This document shows positions 51,525 through 61,153 of a stretch of DNA of 64,000 bases, one piece after another. The stretch's first letter is position 1, and every line of letters starts with the position of its first letter. A program made the position numbers and the translations under genes. The notes beneath the pieces are model-generated. The model was not told the origin of the DNA. It made no database searches and was given only the letters and a program-made list of their open reading frames with translations. Origin of the DNA: Minisyncoccota bacterium (GTDB lineage Bacteria; Patescibacteriota; Minisyncoccia; Moranbacterales; UBA2206); NCBI GenBank assembly GCA_031291955.1, contig JARLIA010000005.1:141224-205223 (forward strand), given 5' to 3'.

Positions 51525-51947
51525 CTACCAATGTCAGATCTAACCATACAATTCAAAATAGTTACTCCAGAAAGAACTGTTTTCGAAGATACCGTCGATC
51601 AGGCTACTTTGCCAGTGACCGATGGAGAAGTGACGATTTTGCCGAATCACCGGAGCTATATCGCTAGCATGAAAGCCGGCGAGATCATGATTAAGAAAGG
51701 CGGAGAGGAAATTTTGCTTTCCACCTCTGGCGGCTTTTTGGAGTTTGCCGGAAATGAGTTGGTGATTTTGGCCGACACGGCCGAGCGGGCGGAAGAGATT
51801 GATTTGAAACGCGCCGAAGAAGCCAAAGCGCGGGCCGAGAAATTGAAAGGCGAAGCGACAGTGGCGGCGGCTATCCAAAAACACGCGGCCCGGATTCAAG
51901 TGGCGCGGAAACATTATACGAAAAAAGGAATAAGGATGGGAGAATAG
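51507..51947 (+). CDS. atpC: F-type ATP synthase subunit epsilon
   Basis: Beta-sandwich plus helical hairpin (LPVTDGEVTILPNHRSYIASMKAGEIMIK). The probable true start is ATG 51531 (MSDLTIQ). Confidence 0.85.
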   Translation: MKIENWLPMSDLTIQFKIVTPERTVFEDTVDQATLPVTDGEVTILPNHRSYIASMKAGEIMIKKGGEEILLSTSGGFLEFAGNELVILADTAERAEEIDLKRAEEAKARAEKLKGEATVAAAIQKHAARIQVARKHYTKKGIRMGE

Positions 51948-51952
51948 CATTA

Positions 51953-52077
51953 AAATTTCTAATTTTCAATTTCTAATTTCTAAACAATTTCCAATGTTTT
52001 AATGATTAAATTTTCAAACAAAAGCTTAGTTGAAAATTGATGACTTGAAGAATTGTTTAAAAATTAAAAATTATCGA
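51953..52077. repeat. Heptamer-repeat inverted-repeat element, copy E
   Basis: The left arm is identical over about 46 nt to copies A and D (AATTTCTAATTTTCAATTTCTAATTTCTAAACAATTTCCAATGTTT). Right arm GAATTGTTTAAAAATTAAAAATTATCG. Confidence 0.7.
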
Positions 52078-52084
52078 GTCTATT

Positions 52085-52531
52085 ATGAAAACATCATTCA
52101 AATTCAAAGATGTCCACGCTTGCGACGCGGTCGTGCTGACTTGTATCGACTTTCGTTTTTGGAAAGAGACGGTTGAATTTATTGAAAAAGAGCTGGGAAT
52201 CAAGTCTTTCGATTTTCCGTCGCTCCCCGGGGCGGCCAAAGCGATAAATGATTGCTTGGTTGATACGGATGTCGCTATGCAGTGCATTGGTGTGCCATGC
52301 AATCTTCACCACGCCAAAAAAATTGTGATCGTCAACCACCAGGACTGCGGCGCTTACGGCGGATCGGGAAAGTTTAATGGCGACGACGCGGAAGAACAGA
52401 AATTTCACGAGAGCGAACTCGCGAAAGCCAAAGAGAAAATCGCCACCAAGTTTTCGGAAAAAGAATTTGTTTTAATATACGCTAAATTGACCGACGACAA
52501 GGAAAATATTGAGTTCTTGACAGTCGGTTAA
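52085..52531 (+). CDS. Hypothetical protein with beta-carbonic-anhydrase-like CxDxR / HxxCG motifs
   Basis: CIDFR and VNHQDCGAYGG are spaced as in beta-CA zinc ligands, but the protein is only 148 aa and lacks other beta-CA signatures. Assignment is tentative. Confidence 0.25.
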   Translation: MKTSFKFKDVHACDAVVLTCIDFRFWKETVEFIEKELGIKSFDFPSLPGAAKAINDCLVDTDVAMQCIGVPCNLHHAKKIVIVNHQDCGAYGGSGKFNGDDAEEQKFHESELAKAKEKIATKFSEKEFVLIYAKLTDDKENIEFLTVG

Positions 52532-52602
52532 TTTTGGTGTAATATAGAAAGTTCGCATGGGGCGGACTTGATTTGTTGTTGTACTTTTAATCGGAGGGGA
52601 AA

Positions 52603-53190
52603 ATGCATTATCTGAAAGATGAAGAGCGTTCGTTCGTTCGCGATCTAAAAGTTGCTGATATCCTTAGGGAATATAAGATGGGTGAGCTCAAGGGTATTAC
52701 AAAAAACGGAGGCGTTGCCTTTTTCTGTGGAGATGGAGATATCGATGTGAGAAATTATCACGAAAAAACGATATCGCGAAGACCTCACGGGCAATCTCTG
52801 TTTGGCGGTGTACTCATTTATTCTCGGTTTTATCGAGGGTACAAAGGCAGCTTTGCTGCTGATTCTATCGAGAATGCTCTACTCGGCCTCAACGCTAAGG
52901 AGACTAAAACCGCATTCCTCTACCCGCATTATCCCTGTGGAATGGCTACGTATTTTGAGCACACCATCGAGGAAGTTTTTTTGATGGCGGCCGACACTCA
53001 TCTGCGTTTCATTTCCGAGTTCGGGTTTACGCCTGATAAAACCCACTCCTTTTTTCACGTGAAGCGCCTAAACAAAGGCGCTCGGGAGGAGCAAAATACT
53101 TATATTTTCGATGTAAAAAAGTATTTGGCTTTGATCGGAGCACCTATAATCACGCTCGGTCAGGCCTATATCTTGAAGCTTGCAGCGTAG
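52603..53190 (+). CDS. Hypothetical protein
   Basis: ORF with reasonable codon usage. No recognisable motifs. Confidence 0.3.
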   Translation: MHYLKDEERSFVRDLKVADILREYKMGELKGITKNGGVAFFCGDGDIDVRNYHEKTISRRPHGQSLFGGVLIYSRFYRGYKGSFAADSIENALLGLNAKETKTAFLYPHYPCGMATYFEHTIEEVFLMAADTHLRFISEFGFTPDKTHSFFHVKRLNKGAREEQNTYIFDVKKYLALIGAPIITLGQAYILKLAA

Positions 53191-53244
53191 TTCCCGCCTT
53201 TTTCAAAACGGCATCTCCGGCCATGTTTTTCCGGAAATGCCGTT

Positions 53245-53664
53245 TTATTTTTCCCGCCCGATTTTCCAAATAATAATTTGCAAATAAGAAGCGACACCGG
53301 CCAAGGCTAAAATTCCCAAGAAAATGATTCCGCCGGGAATTAAAAGATAAATATAGCTGACAAGAAGCGCCGTCCAAACGCCGGTGCACCAGGGACAATT
53401 TATCAAGTTGGAAAGTATCTCTCGCGGACCGGTGGAAAATTGCTTGAGGTAATCCCGGATGAAAGCCGTCACGCTGTCGTAGGTGAAAAGGCGAATGAGG
53501 CGGAAAGCCGCCAAAATCAGAATCAGAAAATGGGAAAGCGGAATGTTTTCCGGCCGGATGCCTACCGACCAAGCCAGAAAAGAAAGTCCGGCCGCCAACA
53601 CCAGAAAGACAACCGAGCTGATTACGTACCATTGATCCCGTTTGTGCATTAATAATCTTTCCAT
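53245..53664 (-). CDS. DUF1360-like integral membrane protein
   Basis: Three to four TM helices; FRLIRLFTYD and CPWCTGVW motifs. Confidence 0.4.
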   Translation of the reverse strand: MERLLMHKRDQWYVISSVVFLVLAAGLSFLAWSVGIRPENIPLSHFLILILAAFRLIRLFTYDSVTAFIRDYLKQFSTGPREILSNLINCPWCTGVWTALLVSYIYLLIPGGIIFLGILALAGVASYLQIIIWKIGREK

Positions 53665-53742
53665 ATTTTTTACTTTGTCTTAGCTTTTTAATTTTTCAAA
53701 AATTAGTACAAGGTGAGAATACTTTTATTCTTGGGATTTTTT

Positions 53743-53782
53743 GGAGGTACGTAATTAATTACGTAATTAGTTACGTACGTGG
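53743..53782. promoter_or_regulatory. TACGTA palindrome cluster in a divergent promoter region
   Basis: GGAGGTACGTAATTAATTACGTAATTAGTTACGTACGTGG has three TACGTA cores spaced 13 and 12 nt, including the 18 bp perfect palindrome TACGTAATTAATTACGTA. Lies between the DUF1360 gene and leuS. Confidence 0.45.
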
Positions 53783-53834
53783 AAAAGATGCCGTCGGCTT
53801 GAAAAAAGGGCGAGAATAGGTTAAAGTAGAGAAT

Positions 53835-56681
53835 ATGGATAAATATAACCCGAAATTCATTGAACCGAAGTGGCAGAAGTTCTGGGAAGAAGTGCGGATT
53901 TATAAGGATTATTCACGAAAAAAGAAGTTTTACGCTTTGGATATGTTTCCGTACCCATCCGGCGCAGGTTTGCATGTCGGTCATCCCAAAGGATACATTG
54001 CCACGGATGTCATTTCCCGTTTCAAGCTGCTGCAAGGCGCGAGCGTCCTTCACTCGATGGGCTGGGACGCTTTCGGTCTGCCGGCCGAGAACTACGCCCT
54101 CAAAAACAAGGTCCATCCCAGAGCGGCAGTTGAAGAAAATATCCAGACTTTCAAACGCCAGCTGGAACTGTTCGGCTTCACTTACGATTGGGATCGCGAA
54201 ATAAACACGACCGATCCGGAATTTTACAAATGGACCCAGTGGATATTTCTTAAAATGTTTGAAAAAGGCTTGGCCTATGAATCATCCGAACCGGTCAATT
54301 GGTGCCCGAGCTGCAAAACTGTTTTGGCCAACGAGGATTTGGAAAAAGGTCTTTGCGAACGGTGTGGCTCGCAGGTGATCCAGAAAAAATTGCGCCAGTG
54401 GGTTTTGAAAATGACTGATTATGCCGATCGGTTGCTTTGGGATTTGGATAATCCCGGTTTGGAATGGGAAGAAATGATTAAGGATCAGCAACGGAATTGG
54501 ATCGGGCGGAGCGAAGGCGTCCAATTCGCGCTGAAAATAAAAAATACGGAGGAAAAAATCGAAGTCTACACGACCCGGATTGACACGGTTTTTGGTATGA
54601 CCTACGCCGTGGTAGCGCCAGAGCATGAAATTATTGAAAAATTAAAAGGCCAGATTGAAAACTATCCGGAAGTCAAAGAATATATTATCCAATCGCAAAC
54701 GAAAACGGAACTTGAGCGGACGGAACTCCAGAAAGAAAAAACCGGCAAGGAACTCAAAGGATTAAAAATTATTAATCCTTTCAACAACGAAGAGCTGCCT
54801 CTTTATGTCGCGGATTACGTCCTTGGTTTTTACGGCACCGGTGCGGTGATGGCTGTCCCGGCGCATGACGAACGGGACTGGGAATTTGCGAAGAAATATA
54901 ATTTGACGATAAAACAAGTGATTGCTCCGTATTTCTATGATAGTGAAAATCCGCCCCGAAGTGATAAGAAAAAAGTAAACAGAACGGTTGTGCAGGGTAT
55001 CGTAAGAAATGGCGATCAGGTCTTACAAATCCGTTGGAAAAAATTCCCATGGAAAACCTTTGTAATTGGCGGAGCAGAAAAAGGTGAAACACTAGAGGAA
55101 GCGGTAAAACGTGAAGTGCAAGAAGAAACTGGCTACAAAAATTTCAAATCAGTTGAGCGTCTTGGCATGGAAATGCGTTCAGAATGGTTTGCTATTCATA
55201 AAGACGAAAATCGATACGCACATATGAACGCGTTTGTTTTAGAATTGGAAAATAAAGAAAAAGATGAGATCAGTGACCAAGAAAAGGCTATTCATGAAGT
55301 GGCCTGGGTATCGTTTGAAGATATCCCCTTTGGTTTTGCTCCAGTAGGAGAGCTACAATATTTTTGGCATGAACTTAATAATTTACCCTCGCCGTTTGTC
55401 CAGGATGGTGTAACGATTAATTCTGGTGAATTTTCAGAATTGAAATCTACGGAGGCCCGCGAAAAAATGACCGCGTGGCTGGAAGAAAATAATTTAGGGA
55501 AAAGAAAAGTAAATTACAAGATGCGCGACTGGGTTTTTTCGCGGCAGAGATATTGGGGCGAGCCGATTCCGATCATCCATTGCGAAAAATGCGGAACTGT
55601 CGCGGTGCCGGAGGATGAGCTGCCGGTGAAATTGCCGGAAGTGGAGAAGTACGAACCGACCGGAACGGGCGAGTCGCCGCTGGCCAATATTTCCGAGTGG
55701 GTGAATGTCAAATGTCCGCAGTGCGGCGGACCGGGAAAACGCGAGACCAACACCATGCCGCAGTGGGCCGGTTCCAGCTGGTATTATTTGCGATACATCG
55801 ACCCGAAAAATAGCGCGGCTCTTATCGATAAGGAAAAGGAAAAAGAATGGATGCCGGTTGATCTCTATATCGGTGGCATCGAACACGCGACGCGCCATCT
55901 TTTGTATGCGCGCTTTTGGCATAAATTTTTGTTTGATCTCGGCGTCGTGTCGACTGACGAGCCGTTCAAAAAACTGGTTCACGTCGGATTGATTTTGGCG
56001 GAAGACGGGCGCAAAATGTCCAAGCGCTGGGGAAATGTTATCAATCCTGACGAAGTAATCGTCCGTTTCGGGGCGGACGCCATGCGGCTTTATGAAATGT
56101 TCATGGGGCCGTTCACGCAAAGCATCGCCTGGAGCACGAACGGAGTGATTGGGATGTATCGGTTTTTAGAAAAAGTGTGGAAATTACGATCAAAGATCAG
56201 TGAACAAGAAGCAGTAAACAATAAAATGCAGAGCTTGGTGCATAAAACCATCAAGAAAGTTACGGAGGACATTGAAGCGATGCGGTTTAATACGGCCATC
56301 AGCCAGCTGATGATTTTGGCCAACGCTTTTGAGAAAGAAACTGAAATCAGTTTGCTTCATTATTCTTGCTTCTTGCTTCTGCTGGGTCCTTTCGCGCCGC
56401 ATATCGCCGAAGAGCTTTGGAACCAATTGGGACACAAAGAAAGTATTTTCAAAGAAAGCTGGCCGGCATATGACCCGGAATTTATAGTGGACGAAGAAAT
56501 CGAATTAGTCGTCCAGATCAATGGCAAAGTGAGGGACCGATTGAAAGTGGCGGCCGATATTTCCGAAGACAAAGCGAAAGAGCTGGCGCTCGGGAGGGAG
56601 AAGATTAAATCATTTATTGACGAAAAAGAAATCAAGAAAATTATTTATGTTAAAGGACGGTTGGTAAGTATCGTTATATAA
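53835..56681 (+). CDS. leuS: Leucyl-tRNA synthetase with a Nudix hydrolase domain inserted in the CP1 editing domain
   Basis: HIGH (HVGHPKGY), KMSKS (KMSKRWGN), and the CP1 editing domain (Thr-rich VYTTRIDT, GTGAVMAVPAHDERD). Between KYNLTIKQVIAP and DGVTINSGEF lies about a 150-aa insert with a perfect Nudix box GGAEKGETLEEAVKREVQEETGY (nt 55068-55136). Confidence 0.9.
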   Translation: MDKYNPKFIEPKWQKFWEEVRIYKDYSRKKKFYALDMFPYPSGAGLHVGHPKGYIATDVISRFKLLQGASVLHSMGWDAFGLPAENYALKNKVHPRAAVEENIQTFKRQLELFGFTYDWDREINTTDPEFYKWTQWIFLKMFEKGLAYESSEPVNWCPSCKTVLANEDLEKGLCERCGSQVIQKKLRQWVLKMTDYADRLLWDLDNPGLEWEEMIKDQQRNWIGRSEGVQFALKIKNTEEKIEVYTTRIDTVFGMTYAVVAPEHEIIEKLKGQIENYPEVKEYIIQSQTKTELERTELQKEKTGKELKGLKIINPFNNEELPLYVADYVLGFYGTGAVMAVPAHDERDWEFAKKYNLTIKQVIAPYFYDSENPPRSDKKKVNRTVVQGIVRNGDQVLQIRWKKFPWKTFVIGGAEKGETLEEAVKREVQEETGYKNFKSVERLGMEMRSEWFAIHKDENRYAHMNAFVLELENKEKDEISDQEKAIHEVAWVSFEDIPFGFAPVGELQYFWHELNNLPSPFVQDGVTINSGEFSELKSTEAREKMTAWLEENNLGKRKVNYKMRDWVFSRQRYWGEPIPIIHCEKCGTVAVPEDELPVKLPEVEKYEPTGTGESPLANISEWVNVKCPQCGGPGKRETNTMPQWAGSSWYYLRYIDPKNSAALIDKEKEKEWMPVDLYIGGIEHATRHLLYARFWHKFLFDLGVVSTDEPFKKLVHVGLILAEDGRKMSKRWGNVINPDEVIVRFGADAMRLYEMFMGPFTQSIAWSTNGVIGMYRFLEKVWKLRSKISEQEAVNNKMQSLVHKTIKKVTEDIEAMRFNTAISQLMILANAFEKETEISLLHYSCFLLLLGPFAPHIAEELWNQLGHKESIFKESWPAYDPEFIVDEEIELVVQINGKVRDRLKVAADISEDKAKELALGREKIKSFIDEKEIKKIIYVKGRLVSIVI

Positions 56682-56685
56682 AAAT

Positions 56686-57438
56686 ATGCAAGTTGTGATT
56701 TTGGCGGCTGGTCGCGGAAAACGCATGAAAGGTCTCACGCGCGCCACGACCAAGCCGATGCTAAAAATCAAAGGTAAGCCGATTCTCGAGCACAAGCTCA
56801 ACGCATTGCCGAAAAAAATAAAGGAGGTGATTTTCATCGTGGGCTACCGGAACGAAGACATCCTCAATCATTTTAAAAGATATTTTGGCGGCCGGCGCAT
56901 CATCTATGTTTTCCAGACAAATCTGAACGGAACCGGGGGAGCGCTTCATCTTGCCCGGAGCGTTTTAAAAGATAAATTCTTGGTAATGATGGGCGACGAT
57001 TTGTATCATAAAAAAGATTTGGCCGAAATCATAAAGCACGATGTAGCGATCATGGGATATGAAGTGTCCGATCCCAGTCTGTTCGGTGTCATTCGCACTA
57101 ATGGAAACGGCACGATGGCCGATGTCATTGAAAAACCGAAAAACTCGAGATGCAAACTGGCCCGCCAGCATCGCTATGCCAGCCCGCATGACTCGCGTCA
57201 GCGTGTCTGGCGGGCGAAGCATTGCGGGCTGGCCAACACCGGTGTCTATGTCCTCAACAAAAAATTCTTCGACTATGAACTGGCTCCGATCGGCGCCGGC
57301 GAGTTTGGTCTGCCGCAAACGCTTGCTAAAATGGCCAAGGATCATGAGGTTAAAGTTTTGCAAGCCCGCGCTTGGCATCCGATCGGAAATCCGGAAGACT
57401 TGAAAGAAGCGGAAAAAGTTTTGAGTAAGTTTGTTTAG
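56686..57438 (+). CDS. Sugar-phosphate nucleotidyltransferase (NTP_transferase family)
   Basis: VVILAAGRGKRMKGLTRATTKPML N-terminal motif, as in GlmU, RmlA or ManC. Confidence 0.7.
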   Translation: MQVVILAAGRGKRMKGLTRATTKPMLKIKGKPILEHKLNALPKKIKEVIFIVGYRNEDILNHFKRYFGGRRIIYVFQTNLNGTGGALHLARSVLKDKFLVMMGDDLYHKKDLAEIIKHDVAIMGYEVSDPSLFGVIRTNGNGTMADVIEKPKNSRCKLARQHRYASPHDSRQRVWRAKHCGLANTGVYVLNKKFFDYELAPIGAGEFGLPQTLAKMAKDHEVKVLQARAWHPIGNPEDLKEAEKVLSKFV

Positions 57439-57448
57439 TTTATAAATT

Positions 57449-58477
57449 ATGCAGACCAAAAATGTCGTAACAATCGGCGGGGGAACAGGCAGTTTTATGC
57501 TTCTGACCGGCCTCAAGAAATACCCGATCAATATTTCGGCTATTGTTTCTATGGCGGACGACGGCGGCTCGACCGGCGTTTTGCGCGACGAGCTGGGGGT
57601 TTTGCCGCCGGGAGACGTCCGACAGTGTTTGGTGGCGCTCAGCGAATCTTCTGACATGCTTCGCGAGCTGATGAGCTATCGTTTCGAAGGCGGCGGACTG
57701 AAAGGCCACAGCTTTGGCAATCTCTTGCTTTCGGCGCTCCAAAAGATAAATGGCAGTTTTAACGCTGGCGTAAAAGAGGCGTCTAAAATATTAAATGTCA
57801 AAGGAGAGGTGGTTCCTGTGACTGGACATGACGCTCATCTTTATATAAAACTCAAGAACGAGAAGATTCTCAAAGGAGAGGATGAAATCAATCATGCTTT
57901 CGATATCGAGCAAGAAGGAATTAAAAAGATTTATTTTTCTCCGAAGGTCAAGGCTAATCCGAAAGCGATTGACTGTATTATGAGCGCGAATCTTGTCGCT
58001 ATCGGGCCGGGAAATTTTTATTGCAGTATTTTACCCAACCTGATAGTTCCGGAAATTGCCAAAGCGCTCAAAGAAACGAAAGCGAAAATCGTGTTTAACT
58101 GTAATTTGGTCAACAAAAAAGGCCACACGGAAAAATTTACCTTGGATGATTATGTGGATGTTGTTGAAAGATATATCGGACGCGGTAAGGTTGATTTTGT
58201 CACCTTTAACACTAAAAAACCCAGCCAGAAACTGGTTTCGAAATATGAGAATAAAAAAGAGCTTCTGGTCGCTTTCAAAAAAGACATAAAGAAAGACCGT
58301 CATTGCCGAATTGTTCAGGCGGATGTTTTGAGTAATGTCTGTCCCCAATATAGCAAGTCGGATGTCCTTGCGTCCAAAAGAGCTTTTATCCGCCACGACG
58401 CGGACAAGTTGGCCAAAATTCTGATGATGATTATGGAATTGGGTGAATATGAAAATATCATCAAGGAAATTATATGA
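57449..58477 (+). CDS. YvcK/CofD family protein (UPF0052, gluconeogenesis factor-like)
   Basis: VVTIGGGTGSFMLLTGLK and SMADDGGSTGVLRDELGVLPPGDVRQCL motifs. Confidence 0.75.
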   Translation: MQTKNVVTIGGGTGSFMLLTGLKKYPINISAIVSMADDGGSTGVLRDELGVLPPGDVRQCLVALSESSDMLRELMSYRFEGGGLKGHSFGNLLLSALQKINGSFNAGVKEASKILNVKGEVVPVTGHDAHLYIKLKNEKILKGEDEINHAFDIEQEGIKKIYFSPKVKANPKAIDCIMSANLVAIGPGNFYCSILPNLIVPEIAKALKETKAKIVFNCNLVNKKGHTEKFTLDDYVDVVERYIGRGKVDFVTFNTKKPSQKLVSKYENKKELLVAFKKDIKKDRHCRIVQADVLSNVCPQYSKSDVLASKRAFIRHDADKLAKILMMIMELGEYENIIKEII

Positions 58478-59127
58478 AAATTTTTGTCGATTTTGACGAC
58501 GTCATCTTCAATGCCAAAAGATTTAAGAATGATTTCATCCGGGTTTTTGCGCGAAACGGCATAACCCGGAGCGAGTTCGAAAATTCCTACTATACTTTCC
58601 AAAAGAAAGCCCAAATGGAGGGGAGATATTACGATCCCAAAAAGCAGGTTGAAGTCCTTCGGCGGCGAAACCGCATTGATCACGAAAAGTTGGCTCGGGA
58701 CATTGACGCCTTTATGTCCGACTTGGAAAAATATGTTTTCCGGGATGTTTCGAATTTTTTGGGAAATTTCAAAAAGAAAGATCTTTATCTCATAAGCTAC
58801 GGGCACGTCAAACATCAAAAAGCCAAGATCAAAGGTTCGGGCGTCAGAAAATATTTCAAAAAGGTTGTCATCTCCAAAGACCGGAAAATAAACATTATAA
58901 AGGAAGTCATCCGGAAAGATAATTTTTCCCCAAATGAGAGCGTAATCCTGATTGACGACCGGCCGGAGCAGTTGGAGCGGGCCGAGAAAGAAAGAAAAAG
59001 CGTGGTGACTTTTCATATGTGCCGACCGGAAGGGCGATACTCCGATCTCATCTGCACAGCCATGGATTACGAAGTGAAAAACCTGAAAGAAGCGGCTGGA
59101 ATAATCAAGAAAGAGGGAATGAAATAA
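58474..59127 (+). CDS. HAD-like hydrolase family protein (tentative)
   Basis: N-terminal DFDDVIF (DxD-like motif I) and C-terminal VILIDDRPEQ (motif IV-like). Confidence 0.35.
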   Translation: MKIFVDFDDVIFNAKRFKNDFIRVFARNGITRSEFENSYYTFQKKAQMEGRYYDPKKQVEVLRRRNRIDHEKLARDIDAFMSDLEKYVFRDVSNFLGNFKKKDLYLISYGHVKHQKAKIKGSGVRKYFKKVVISKDRKINIIKEVIRKDNFSPNESVILIDDRPEQLERAEKERKSVVTFHMCRPEGRYSDLICTAMDYEVKNLKEAAGIIKKEGMK

Positions 59128-59159
59128 CTCTTCAGCGCATAATTGGAAAACAAAATAAA

Positions 59160-60629
59160 ATGGATAACCTACCGACAAATACGACTGGAGATCCGACAGC
59201 CAAAAAGGAAAATTTTTTCACGCTTTCCCAAATGAGGCGCGAGTTGGACATTCCCCTTATCGTGGCCAAGAAGCTCATTGTTACCGGTCAGGTGCGGGCC
59301 ATCCGGACGGTGGATGGTACGCTCCGAGTGGCGGAATCGGAGATTTTGGGCGTGAAAGAGCTGATCGAACATCCTTGGGAAAAAACCAAATTATTTTTCC
59401 GGGCCTTGGGACCGGGTCTGATCACCGGCGCCTCGGATGATGATCCGGGTGGTATTGGCACTTATTCTTCGGTCGGCGCCCAGTTCGGCCTCGGTCTTCT
59501 TTGGATGGCAGCCTGGCTTTTGCCGATGATGTTGGCCATCCAGGAAGTCTGCGCCCGGATCGGCATCATTACTAACCAAGGCTTGGCCGGAGTTTTGGAA
59601 AAGCATTACCGAAAAACAATCGTGATGTCGGCGGTGATCCTTTTGATCATTGCCAACGTAGTAAACATCGGCGCCGATCTGGGAGCGATGGCGGCCTCGC
59701 TCCAAATGTTGACCGGAATAAATTTCATCGTAGGGGCGGTCTTTTTCGCCCTGATCTCAATTATCGTCGAAGTGAAAGTCGGCTATCATGTCTATGTAAA
59801 ATTTTTGAAATGGCTGACCGTTTCAGTGCTGGCCTATGTGGTCGCCGGTTTCATCATTCATCCGCAGTGGCTTTCGATTTTCAGGCGCGCTTTCGTACCG
59901 CAGATAAATTTTTCCAGTGCTTATGTTTTCGGAATCATTGCCGTCTTCGGGACATCTATCACGCCTTATCTTTTCTTCTGGCAGACTTCGGAGGAAGTGG
60001 AAGAGAATAAGATCGGGCATAAATTTTATTTCAAAAACAAGAATAAGATCCATGACCGCATCTCCCGGATGCGGACTGACGTGAAAGCCGGGATGCTCTT
60101 GGCCAACATCGTTTTCTTTTTCATTGTTGTGACCACGGCCCAAACCTTGTTCAATCATGGTATCACCACGATCGGCAGCGCTCAGGAGGCCGCCCTGGCA
60201 TTGAAACCTCTGGCCGGACAATACGCGTTTTTGCTATTTGCGGCCGGGATCATCGGCACCGGTCTTCTGGCGGTTCCCATTCTGGCCGGATCCGGCGCCT
60301 ACGCCTTGGCTGAAATCATGAAGTGGCAGGAAGGGCTGGAGCTGAAATATAGTCAAGCCAAGGGGTTTTACGCGGTCATTATCCTTTCCATCCTGGTTGG
60401 TCTGGGGTTGAATTTTATCGGAGTCAACCCCATCATGGCTTTGTATTATTCAGCTTATCTCAACGGTATCATCGCCTTGCCGCTTCTGATTGTCATTATG
60501 ATTGTGGGCAATGACAAAAATATTATGGGTGCGGAAACGCATCCGGGCTGGGTCAAATTTTTCGGCTGGCTGGCGGTGGTCTTTATGGCGCTGGCGGTGG
60601 CAGTTTCTATATACCTCGGTCTTTTTTAA
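59160..60629 (+). CDS. NRAMP family divalent metal transporter with N-terminal cytoplasmic HTH_17-like extension
   Basis: GPGLITGASDDDPGGIGTYSSVGAQFGLGLLW is the Nramp signature. About 11 TM helices. A roughly 75-aa N-terminus (TLSQMRRELDIPLIVAKKLIVTGQVRAIRTVDGTLRV) resembles excisionase/MerR-type HTHs. The six-frame ORF begins at 59019; the likely start is ATG 59160. Confidence 0.7.
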   Translation: MDNLPTNTTGDPTAKKENFFTLSQMRRELDIPLIVAKKLIVTGQVRAIRTVDGTLRVAESEILGVKELIEHPWEKTKLFFRALGPGLITGASDDDPGGIGTYSSVGAQFGLGLLWMAAWLLPMMLAIQEVCARIGIITNQGLAGVLEKHYRKTIVMSAVILLIIANVVNIGADLGAMAASLQMLTGINFIVGAVFFALISIIVEVKVGYHVYVKFLKWLTVSVLAYVVAGFIIHPQWLSIFRRAFVPQINFSSAYVFGIIAVFGTSITPYLFFWQTSEEVEENKIGHKFYFKNKNKIHDRISRMRTDVKAGMLLANIVFFFIVVTTAQTLFNHGITTIGSAQEAALALKPLAGQYAFLLFAAGIIGTGLLAVPILAGSGAYALAEIMKWQEGLELKYSQAKGFYAVIILSILVGLGLNFIGVNPIMALYYSAYLNGIIALPLLIVIMIVGNDKNIMGAETHPGWVKFFGWLAVVFMALAVAVSIYLGLF

Positions 60630-60631
60630 TT

Positions 60632-60958
60632 ATGGATATTCGCGCCATCAAAAACGACCGGGGGTGTTTTTGGACCAACCATGCCAAATATAAACTGCTT
60701 GAATATGGCTTGAGTCCGACGGCGGTCAAAAATGTCATCCGGCGGCCGGAACGGACCGAGGCCGGCATCGCGCCCAATACAACCGCCGTCATGCGCCGGA
60801 AAGATACGAAGAAAACCAAGCGCGAGGTTTGGGCCATGTATCAGAAACTCGGAACGAAGATAAAAATAATTTCCGCCTGGATTTATCCAGGAGTGAGTCC
60901 GGAAGGGAAGGAGTTTTTCATTCCGGAGGATGTGTGGGAAGAAATAAATCAAGGATAG
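60632..60958 (+). CDS. Hypothetical protein
   Basis: 108-aa ORF whose start overlaps the Nramp stop by a few nt. No recognisable domain. Confidence 0.3.
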   Translation: MDIRAIKNDRGCFWTNHAKYKLLEYGLSPTAVKNVIRRPERTEAGIAPNTTAVMRRKDTKKTKREVWAMYQKLGTKIKIISAWIYPGVSPEGKEFFIPEDVWEEINQG

Positions 60959-61153
60959 TTTTATATTTCCCAATATTTCGCATTGCTATATTTTGAGAAT
61001 TTGGGTGAGAAAATAACAAAAAATACTTTATTTTAGCCAAAAATATGATGCGTGACTGAAGAAGATGAGATACATAGGTAACACTCTGGATTTAGTAAAA
61101 TTAAAGGATTTTGCTAAAATTCAAAGTTAATTTACCTAAACTATCTCATTTCA

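Noticed and set aside
58315-59178. 287-aa minus-strand ORF
   Set aside because: Antisense to the YvcK and HAD-like genes. No motifs.
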